From an uncultured Alphaproteobacteria bacterium (GTDB taxonomy: Bacteria; Pseudomonadota; Alphaproteobacteria; ATCC43930; CGMCC-115725), in NCBI GenBank assembly GCA_963702685.1, contig CAVPDQ010000022.1, positions 110,677 through 174,676 on the forward strand: 64,000 nucleotides of DNA. The letters are read 5' to 3'. Positions 37,901 to 44,605 of this stretch are shown here, one piece after another; the stretch's first letter is position 1; each line of letters starts with the position of its first letter. The notes beneath the pieces were generated by a model that searched no databases, was not told where the DNA came from, and saw only the letters and a list, made by a program, of their open reading frames with translations. The translations under genes and the position numbers were made by a program.

Positions 37901-39319
37901 GGCGACAACATCGCCTTTGGCGGGTCGGTGCCGCTGCGGCTCAATCGCGCGCCATTCGGCATTTCGGTGCCGGCCGATGGCCGGCTTGCGCTCAATCTGC
38001 GCGGCAGCGGCCGGCTCGAAAATCTGGCCGATCTGTTGCCGCTCGGCGAAGACCGGGTCGCCGGACGCTTCTCGGCCGATGTTTCGCTGGCCGGCACGGT
38101 GGCCGCCCCGGCGGCGAGCGGACAGATGAAGGTCATCGACGGCCGCTGGGAGAATTTTGCGAGCGGTGCGGTGCTGACCGGCATCGAGGCGAACCTCACC
38201 GGCGACCGCGACCGTTTTCAGCTCGCCTCGTTCACCGCCGCCGACACTGCCGGCGGGCATGTCGAGGCGCGCGGCAGCGTGATGCTGGGCCGACCGGCCG
38301 GACCGGTCGTCGAGCTGTCGGCAAGGCTGGCGCAGTTTCGCATTGCTGCACGCGACGAGGCGGTCATCACGGCGAGCGGCAGCATCACGGCCGCCGGGCC
38401 GGTCGGCAGCCCGAAAATCACCGGGCGGCTGACCATCGACAAAGGCGAAATCACCCTGCCGCAGAGCCCGTCGCCGAATGTCGTCGGCCTCGACGTCATC
38501 TTCGTTGACAGCAAAAGCGGCAAAGCGCCGGCGCCGTCTTCGCCGCCATCGGCCACCGCGTTGCTGCCGGCACCGCTCGATCTGCAGCTCGATGCGCCCG
38601 GCCCGATCTTTGTCCGCGGGCACGGGCTCGACAGCCAGTGGCGCGGCAGGCTGACGGTCCGAGGCACCAGCGCCGCTCCAGACATCACCGGCCGGCTCGA
38701 GCAAATCCAGGGCAGCTTCGATCTCCTCGGCAAGACCTTTCAGCTGACCCGGGGCGCGATCGTTTTCGGCGGCGGCAGCAAGCTCGATCCGACACTCGAC
38801 ATCGTCGCCGAAGCCGGCGCTGCCGACATTACCGCGCGGGTCGTCATCACCGGGCTGGCCTCGGCCCCGAAAATCGCGCTGGCCTCGACGCCTGCTCTAC
38901 CCGAGGACGAGATCCTGGCCCGGGTCTTGTTCGGGCGGAGCCTCGGCCGGATCTCGGCCGCGCAAGGTTTGCAGCTGGCTCAGGCAGCGGCGGCGCTTGC
39001 CGGCGGCGGGCCGGGCATGGTCGACAAGCTGCGCGGCAAGCTCGGCCTCGACTGGCTGCGCTTGGGCGAAGGCTCGAGCGGACCGGCAAGCAGCATCCTC
39101 AATCCCGCCCTCGCCAACCCCGCCGGAACCGGCAATGCAGCCGTGAGCGCCGGCAAATATCTGATGCCCGGCGTTTCGGTCGGCGTCACCCAGGGAGTCT
39201 CTCCACCGACCAGCAAAGTCACCGTGCAGATCGAGCTGCGCCCGCATGTGACGGTGCAGGGCGAAGCCGGCCAAAGCGGCAACACCGGGATCGGGCTGAA
39301 CTATCAATATGATTACTGA
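34931..39319 (+). CDS. tamB: Translocation and assembly module protein TamB (DUF490)
   Basis: 1462 aa with an N-terminal membrane anchor and long beta-rich repeats. The C-terminus (...GIGLNYQYDY) is typical of TamB. TTGA overlap with tamA. Confidence 0.8.
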   Translation: MSQRLGRLLHRIGIALGLLIALFAAVFGLAQTPPGQRWLGRAVAAALSSPDFLVAVDGLNGLVPFHFEIGRIEIGDAGGAYLILHNLAVRVSPTQLLAGRISIRSLTIGEIDMARLPSSSGSSRPLADYLHVPRLPMAVALERLVIERLALGARVAGDRVVSTIEGRARIAGNSARISFDLHRVDGRAGSIALAIAIIGTPPVLSLRLSASEPTGILIDRLLDRRDRLPFALSVDGIGPVANWHGLVTASAGAGARLDANVSLAAAGETGFGLSGTADLARLLPTELAPIVGDPLRLEMHARLSQEIALGRLTIDAQAGTLTADATVKRPNDFVTAHLHTDIPDLSLLSPVLGAKLGGSGSLSATLAGGKTHPTLTANLSIMGARAYGSSAERVEVKASAIPLGPLGDRHTRINVAASGRLQGLVLPGSAALPASLGRDLEFSLTGGVAGDGSAIELGRLSVHGMGLEMTGAGRMAGAETSGRLELAAADLRPFSGLLGHPVGGSARLAVKVTKRPAGGLGATFDGSTADLHTGIAIADALLGGTVTIKGAVERAANGGLSADHINIDGAAAKLSGNARFDPASQHLDAALDLAVARLDPLGKALGAELRGAGTIRVQATGVLDRLAVKGELDGRSVAAAGVAFDRVRLAARTADLATLRAEIDGSFAARGLEGTLALTALPEGGDIAIPQLRLTAAGSSIAGGLRIARDTGLVRGKITGRMPDLARWSKLVGKPIGGSLEFIAALDADGGQRFDLSATGGNLSAGTGSSLLRIGRLDAAIRLANLRRAPSISGRLALTQGRFGAARLAAAKLTVASPRPGRFAFDGEAKGQPLSASFAGEGALIPDGVELRLNRLIGSVGGDRLALQTPLIVSRRASNIAVSGLDLRVGSGRISGSGEVRGDGVTLAVAAKDLSIASAARTLGYRGMQGQLSGTVRIGGSLGAPRGHLMLTARDLDLSAHTGPGGLGLAIAGDWNGRDLAVHGQVTGLKGDNIAFGGSVPLRLNRAPFGISVPADGRLALNLRGSGRLENLADLLPLGEDRVAGRFSADVSLAGTVAAPAASGQMKVIDGRWENFASGAVLTGIEANLTGDRDRFQLASFTAADTAGGHVEARGSVMLGRPAGPVVELSARLAQFRIAARDEAVITASGSITAAGPVGSPKITGRLTIDKGEITLPQSPSPNVVGLDVIFVDSKSGKAPAPSSPPSATALLPAPLDLQLDAPGPIFVRGHGLDSQWRGRLTVRGTSAAPDITGRLEQIQGSFDLLGKTFQLTRGAIVFGGGSKLDPTLDIVAEAGAADITARVVITGLASAPKIALASTPALPEDEILARVLFGRSLGRISAAQGLQLAQAAAALAGGGPGMVDKLRGKLGLDWLRLGEGSSGPASSILNPALANPAGTGNAAVSAGKYLMPGVSVGVTQGVSPPTSKVTVQIELRPHVTVQGEAGQSGNTGIGLNYQYDY

Positions 39320-39370
39320 CCACATCGCGGGTTCAACGCGCACGGCGCCGCCTGATCCGACACGGCGTCC

Positions 39371-39718
39371 TCAAAGAAGCGCGTCGGCCGCGTAGGCATA
39401 AGCGGTCGAGAGACGTGTGTCTTGCAGCAACTCGCCGATATCGCAGCCATAGGCGGTGCAGATCGCGGCGAGATCGGCGAAGTGAATGCGCCGCGATCCG
39501 GTTTCGATCCGATGATAGGTGAGGCGGGGCATGCCGAGGACCTGCCCGGCCGCCTCCTGGGTCAATCCCAGCGCACGCCGGCGCCGGCGCAACGCCGAAC
39601 GGATACAGGCTTGTGCATCATCGGCTCGTCGCATCGATCTCTCCTGCTGTTGCGAGCGGAACAATCCGGCGCCGAGCGCCGTGCCTAGGCGCGCCCGTTT
39701 GGATCGTCCAACGCCCAT
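39371..39718 (-). CDS. XRE-family transcriptional regulator (115 aa), probably leaderless
   Basis: HTH LGLTQEAAGQVLGMPRLTYHRIETG. The ATG at 39718 lies 7 nt downstream of the predicted -10. Confidence 0.7.
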   Translation of the reverse strand: MGVGRSKRARLGTALGAGLFRSQQQERSMRRADDAQACIRSALRRRRRALGLTQEAAGQVLGMPRLTYHRIETGSRRIHFADLAAICTAYGCDIGELLQDTRLSTAYAYAADALL

Positions 39719-39723
39719 GTTTC

Positions 39724-39770
39724 TAATATCGCATATATAGCGAATTTTGTCAAGCAAAAATGCGATATTA
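39724..39770. promoter_or_regulatory. Promoter plus 11-bp inverted-repeat operator in the divergent XRE / acyl-CoA dehydrogenase intergenic region
   Basis: Perfect inverted repeat TAATATCGCAT (39724-39734) / ATGCGATATTA (39760-39770). The minus-strand promoter is TTGACA-N17-GATATT (39753-39725). Confidence 0.6.
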
Positions 39771-39842
39771 TTATCAGATATATGGTTCTTGACCCCCGTG
39801 GCGGCGGCAGGGACGATCGGGCCGAGCGTCCGGAGATCGCCG

Positions 39843-41030
39843 ATGGATTTTGCGCTGACCGCCGATTTGGTCGAGTTGAAGGAGCGCACCGAGGAGCTTG
39901 TGCGCGCGCGGATCGTCCCGCTCGAGGACGATCCGCGCCAGACCGCGCATGGTCCCAGCCCGGAACTGCGCCGCGAGCTTGTCGCGCTCGGGCGGCAGGC
40001 CGGGCTGCTGTCCCCGCATGTCGGCCCCGAATGGGGTGGCCTCGGGCTCGATCACCGCGCAAAAGCTATTGTTTTTGAGGCCGCAGGCTATTCGCCCCTA
40101 GGACCGGTTGCGCTCAACTGTGCGGCTCCCGACGAAGCCAACATGCATCTTCTCGAGCAGATCGCCGAGGAGCATCAGAAGGAGCGTTGGCTGCGCCCGC
40201 TCGCCGTCGGAGATATCCGGTCGTGCTTTATGATGACCGAGCCGGCTCCCGGGGCCGGGTCTGATCCATCGATGCTGCAGACGACGGCGCGGCGCGACGG
40301 CAGCGAGTTCGTGATCGATGGCCGCAAATGGTTGATCACCGGGGCAGTTGGTGCCGAATTCGCAATCATTATGGCAAAAACCGGGGGCGATGAAGCCGGG
40401 CCGGCCGGCGCAACGATGTTCCTGTCGCCGATGAGCGCGCCCGGCATAACGATTGAGCGGGTGCTCGATACGCTCGACAGCTATATGTCGGGCGGCCATG
40501 CCGTTATCCGCCTCGACGGCCTGCGGGTGCACGAAAGCCAGGTGCTGGGCCGGGTCGGCGAGGGCTTTCGCTATGCCCAGGCGCGGCTCGCGCCGGCGCG
40601 GCTGACCCATTGCATGCGCTGGCTCGGCGCCGCCTGCCGCGCGCACGACATTGCCACCGATTATGCCCGTCGGCGCCGCGCCTTTGGCAAGCCGCTCGGC
40701 GAGCACGAAGGCGTCGGCTTCATGCTGGCCGACAACGAGATGGATTTGCATACGAGCCGCCTCGTCATTTGGCATACCGCCTGGGTCCTCGACCAGGGTC
40801 GGCACGGCCGCCATGAATCGAGCATGGCCAAGGTGATTTGCTCGGAAGCGATCTGGCGGGTTGTCGACCGCAGCATGCAGATCTTGGGTGGCCTGGGCAT
40901 CACCGACGATACGATCGTGGCTCGCCTCTTCCGCGAAATCCGCCCGTTCCGCATCTATGACGGCCCGTCCGAGGTGCATCGCTGGTCGATCGCCCAGCGC
41001 ATCCTCCGCGGCCAAGGGCGGGCGTCATGA
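39843..41030 (+). CDS. Acyl-CoA dehydrogenase family protein
   Basis: Start set at MDFALTADLVELKERTEE. Has the ACAD fold, and the C-terminal RIYDGPSEVHRWSIA matches the conserved IYEGTSEI region. Confidence 0.85.
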   Translation: MDFALTADLVELKERTEELVRARIVPLEDDPRQTAHGPSPELRRELVALGRQAGLLSPHVGPEWGGLGLDHRAKAIVFEAAGYSPLGPVALNCAAPDEANMHLLEQIAEEHQKERWLRPLAVGDIRSCFMMTEPAPGAGSDPSMLQTTARRDGSEFVIDGRKWLITGAVGAEFAIIMAKTGGDEAGPAGATMFLSPMSAPGITIERVLDTLDSYMSGGHAVIRLDGLRVHESQVLGRVGEGFRYAQARLAPARLTHCMRWLGAACRAHDIATDYARRRRAFGKPLGEHEGVGFMLADNEMDLHTSRLVIWHTAWVLDQGRHGRHESSMAKVICSEAIWRVVDRSMQILGGLGITDDTIVARLFREIRPFRIYDGPSEVHRWSIAQRILRGQGRAS

Positions 41031-41073
41031 CGATCTGCGGCAGCGCCGGGTGAACCATAAATCGGGCTCGGGG

Positions 41074-42198
41074 ATGGTGAGCCGGAAAATCACTCTCGAC
41101 GACATCGAGGCGCTGGCGGTCGGCGCCTGGGTGCTCGGCACCGGAGGCGGGGGCAGTCCCTATCTCGGCCTCCTCAACATGCGCCGGCTCTATGCCGAGG
41201 GGCATCGGGTCGAGCTGATGCCGGCCCACGACCTGGCCGATGCGGATTGGGTGGCGGTCGTCTCGAATATGGGCGCGCCGCTGGTCGGGCAGGAGCGGCT
41301 CGCGGATAGCCGCAACATCGCCCGCGCCGTCGAAATCCAGCAAGAGCTGCTGGGCAGCGGCGCCAAATTCCGCGCGGTGATGCCGCTCGAAATCGGCGGC
41401 AACAACTCGATCCAGCCATTGATGGCGGCGGCGCATCTGGGCCTGCCGGTGGTCGATGCCGACACAATGGGCCGCGCCTACCCCGAGGCGCAGATGACCA
41501 GCGTCGCGGTTGGCGAATTGCGGCCCTATCCTTGTGTGCTCTACGACCCGCGCGGCATCGAGGCGGTGGTCCGGAGGGTGCCGAGCTGGAAATGGATGGA
41601 GCGGGCGAGCCGCCGGATTTGCGTCGAGATGGGCTCGATCGCGTCCACCTGCAAAGCCCCGCGCACCGGCGCCGAAGTGAAGGAATGGGGCATCCATTTC
41701 ACCGTCACCAAGGCGATCGGCATCGGCCGCCGGCTGCGCGCGGCGCAGCGCCGGCACGAGGACCCGGTCGCCGCGGTCCTCGACGAGGGCCGCGGCAAGC
41801 TCTTGTTTCGCGGCAAGGTCGTCGATGTTGCGCGGCGCACGACCGAGGGATATCTGCGCGGCCGGGCGGTCATCGACGGGCTCGACGACGATCGCGGCTC
41901 GCGGCTCGAAATCGCGTTCCAGAACGAATGGGTCGTGGCCTGGCGCGACAACACGCCGCTCGTCATGTCGCCCGATCTGATCTGCGTTCTCGACACGCTC
42001 TCCGGCGAGGCCTTCGGCACCGAAACGATCGGCTACGGCCGTCGCGTCTCGGTCATCGCCCTGCCGGCCCCACCGGTCTTCCTGACGCCGAAGGGCCTCG
42101 ACCATGTCGGCCCCCGCGCCTTCGGCTACGACCTCGATTTCCGCTCGGTTTTCGCAGAGGACTCGGCGAAATTCCTATTATTGGGCCAACCGGAATAG
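41074..42198 (+). CDS. DUF917-family (hydantoinase-like) protein
   Basis: Start set at MVSRKITLDDIE. Carries the motif LGTGGGGSPYLG. Confidence 0.7.
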   Translation: MVSRKITLDDIEALAVGAWVLGTGGGGSPYLGLLNMRRLYAEGHRVELMPAHDLADADWVAVVSNMGAPLVGQERLADSRNIARAVEIQQELLGSGAKFRAVMPLEIGGNNSIQPLMAAAHLGLPVVDADTMGRAYPEAQMTSVAVGELRPYPCVLYDPRGIEAVVRRVPSWKWMERASRRICVEMGSIASTCKAPRTGAEVKEWGIHFTVTKAIGIGRRLRAAQRRHEDPVAAVLDEGRGKLLFRGKVVDVARRTTEGYLRGRAVIDGLDDDRGSRLEIAFQNEWVVAWRDNTPLVMSPDLICVLDTLSGEAFGTETIGYGRRVSVIALPAPPVFLTPKGLDHVGPRAFGYDLDFRSVFAEDSAKFLLLGQPE

Positions 42199-42256
42199 TC
42201 TCTCACTCGAAGCGACGCTCCATGCTGCTCGCTTCGATTCTCAAGTCGCGTACCGG

Positions 42257-42682
42257 CTAGAATTCCGGAGCCAACAAGGCGACCAGCTCAATCGCGAGGC
42301 GGTTCAGCAAGACCGCGTGATCATTCGCGACAATCCCCAAGATCAGAGCGTGGCCCTCGTTCTCCAGGGCGGGATCGTGCTCGACAGCCAACGCGACACG
42401 GGCGTCTCTGCCTGCGGCTCTGATCCGTCCGACGTTGAATTTGGCAAATATATGCGTCCGCCGGACCGTCCGAGTCGCGCATATCGCTTGCACCGCAGCT
42501 CGCTGGGGATCGGCCGATCAGCCAAAACATTCGACCCAGGTGACCGAGATTCCATTTGGATTGTCATCGCGGAGGGCATCCTTCGTGACTCCGACGGCTT
42601 CCCCCGTGTCAGAGCGTTCAATCGATGTCCCGGAGCAATGACGGAGGACGTGATGCTCGTCGGGTACCGGGTCCCCCTTCAA
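42257..42682 (-). pseudogene. Hypothetical protein interrupted by an in-frame TGA (last gene of the orphan operon)
   Basis: One frame reads ...DEHHVLRHCS...GISVTWVECFG-TGA(42518-42520)-SADPQRAAVQAICATRT...FAKFNVGRIRAAG...EHDP...GHALILG... A TTG start overlaps the upstream stop (TTGA). Confidence 0.5.
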
Positions 42683-43197
42683 AGGAGCAGCCAGCCTCGA
42701 TAGCCTGCGAGCTGGTCGTCGAGTCGTGAAATTGGGCAAATCCCGCCCGTCATCGTCGGCAACTCGCCGTCTCGGGCATCGACCGCGGACCATTGGACGT
42801 GCTTATCGTCGATAAAATCGACCGATAGCCGCGCCTTCTGCTCAATAGCCGGTCTCCAATTTCCTACGAAAATCCCCTCGTGGGTCAGGGTCAACGACGG
42901 CGCCCTGGTCCACGGACGCGCCGCCAAATAAGCCAGCAACGCCTCAAAGGACTTTCGATCCGGACCACCGGAAAGCTCAGCCAAATCTTCCTGATCCCCC
43001 AGAAGGTACGAGAGCTGCCGCTTCACACGGTTGAGTGTCACCGTCAAAAGGTTACCCCTCCATTTCTCCAGGATGTTCTGGAACCGGGCCAGGGCGCCTT
43101 CTCCACGCAGATTGGCAGGGTCGGGACTAGGAGCGGCCCCGCCCGGGTCATCCTCGCTGGCGATCCACGTCCTGGCCGTCAGATTTGAAGAGATCAC
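42679..43197 (-). CDS. Hypothetical protein (172 aa), orphan operon gene 3
   Basis: GTG start lies 1 nt after the upstream TAA. No recognisable motif. Confidence 0.6.
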   Translation of the reverse strand: MISSNLTARTWIASEDDPGGAAPSPDPANLRGEGALARFQNILEKWRGNLLTVTLNRVKRQLSYLLGDQEDLAELSGGPDRKSFEALLAYLAARPWTRAPSLTLTHEGIFVGNWRPAIEQKARLSVDFIDDKHVQWSAVDARDGELPTMTGGICPISRLDDQLAGYRGWLLL

Positions 43198-43198
43198 T

Positions 43199-43555
43199 TT
43201 ATTTCGAAGAATCTCCCCAACCAGCGTTAAAATCCCAATGGTTGCTGTCTCCTGCCTGTCGAGAACACTTGAGCCGACGCAGGTGAGGTTGGTAACTGCC
43301 GAGGCCTTGCCCAGGATCAGATGGCGATCGATTTCGATCTCTGTTGTCCGAACTCAGGTTCTCTGCGGAAAAGGGGTAGAAGACGATATTTCCCCGCTTA
43401 GAAATATGAGCGACGTCGGAGAAGGTCGATACCGTCACCCTGGACCCACTATACTGGCGCCGCTCGGTATCCTCAAAGCAGAGGCCCTCGAAGGGGTGGG
43501 TTCCGACCAGCGATGTTCGTCGAGTCCGGCCTTCTTCGGCCAGGCGGGCGTTCAT
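43199..43555 (-). CDS. Hypothetical protein (118 aa), orphan operon gene 2
   Basis: Start forms an ATGA overlap with gene 1, and this is the only open frame here. The C-terminal half is rich in Ser, Arg, Asp and Gly. Confidence 0.5.
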   Translation of the reverse strand: MNARLAEEGRTRRTSLVGTHPFEGLCFEDTERRQYSGSRVTVSTFSDVAHISKRGNIVFYPFSAENLSSDNRDRNRSPSDPGQGLGSYQPHLRRLKCSRQAGDSNHWDFNAGWGDSSK

Positions 43556-44295
43556 GGGAGTTCCCCGCTTTCTAAATTTTGGAGGGCCATCTCGATCAGC
43601 TCGTCATGTATATCCCCGAACCGGGAATTGTCCAATGGAGACTGCCGCTCGGCAGGCGTGTTATGATCGCATTCGACCCGAGTGTAGACACCGCCAATTC
43701 CGGAAACGGGGCCCGCAACACCGGAGACCTGAATCTGCAACGCTGACCACCGCGTAATCCGGTTGAGCTCAACCTCCGGCCCCAGCGACCTGCTTGCCTC
43801 AGGTCGGTTGATTGCATAACTGAGGTCCCGGCTGTGTTCCGCATCGATTTTGACCGACGGCAGATACTCTTGAAGCGCTTTATACGCGGTTACCCTGTCC
43901 GGCATCGGGATCACCGCAGCCACCCCAATAGCGAGACGATTTGATGTAATCTGCGCCGTTATCAGCCACTTACGAACAACCCGATTGAACGCCGAGAGCG
44001 CCGGTTCGACAGGCCCGAACTCGAAGGGAGGCACCGCTTCCGTGAGAACTGGCGGCGCCGGTACCATGATCCAATCCAGTCGCCCCGCCAGCCCCTGGAA
44101 CTGCAAGCTGAGATATCCAGGGTCGATCGGGCCTCCCTGCTCACGGAAAAGCTGACGGGGCTGAACCTGATCGATCGCGGGCGTTTCACCGGTCGCGCGC
44201 TCCCATTCATCCTGAGGAATTTGCTCGGCAGGCGGCTGGAGGAAAGCCGTAAATCGCAGCGTTTGGGCCGACCATGGGCGAGTCAGCTGTTCCAT
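43552..44295 (-). CDS. Hypothetical protein (247 aa), orphan operon gene 1
   Basis: ATG preceded by GGAG. No recognisable motif. Confidence 0.65.
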   Translation of the reverse strand: MEQLTRPWSAQTLRFTAFLQPPAEQIPQDEWERATGETPAIDQVQPRQLFREQGGPIDPGYLSLQFQGLAGRLDWIMVPAPPVLTEAVPPFEFGPVEPALSAFNRVVRKWLITAQITSNRLAIGVAAVIPMPDRVTAYKALQEYLPSVKIDAEHSRDLSYAINRPEASRSLGPEVELNRITRWSALQIQVSGVAGPVSGIGGVYTRVECDHNTPAERQSPLDNSRFGDIHDELIEMALQNLESGELP

Positions 44296-44344
44296 CGAAG
44301 CTCCGTGCTGCTGGCCACCGCCGAACGTTCAGCGCCGGCATCTA

Positions 44345-44383
44345 ATCATAAATAGGCAAACGGTGGTAAGAGCTCCGTTTGCC
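44345..44383 (-). terminator. Intrinsic terminator-like hairpin
   Basis: The minus strand reads GGCAAACGG-11 nt-CCGTTTGCC followed by TATTTATGAT. Confidence 0.55.
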
Positions 44384-44521
44384 GACCCTGTCCCAGTATT
44401 ATCTCTGCGGCTGCAGCGCACCCGCTTGGCCGCGTCTTTCGGGATCGGCTGCTGCTGCACGCGTCGTCACGCTGGATACCGCAAGAACAATCAGGCAGGC
44501 GTTGATCAAGGATCGCGTGAC

Positions 44522-44550
44522 CTTATAGCATATTCGATCGTAATTGTCAA
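44522..44550 (-). promoter_or_regulatory. Near-consensus sigma70-type promoter
   Basis: The minus strand reads TTGACA-attacgatcgaatatgc-TATAAG with a 17-nt spacer. It shares TTGACAA and ATATGCTATAAG with the terS promoter. Confidence 0.55.
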
Positions 44551-44605
44551 TATAGCAATCTCCAAATTGGGAAGTTGCGGGGCTTTGGCACCCTCAGGTC
44601 GTATG

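Noticed and set aside
42518-42520. Selenocysteine decoding of the in-frame TGA
   Set aside because: I saw no obvious stem-loop immediately downstream and no Cys-containing redox context. This cannot be excluded without a SECIS search, but a nonsense mutation or two separate genes is simpler.
44399-44509. 36-codon ORF (TTG start) in the promoter-to-terminator unit, hydrophobic N-terminus, considered as a type I toxin-like peptide
   Set aside because: It has no Shine-Dalgarno sequence, a non-ATG start about 6 nt from the predicted transcript 5' end, and no supporting evidence. I mention it only inside the sRNA/leader finding.
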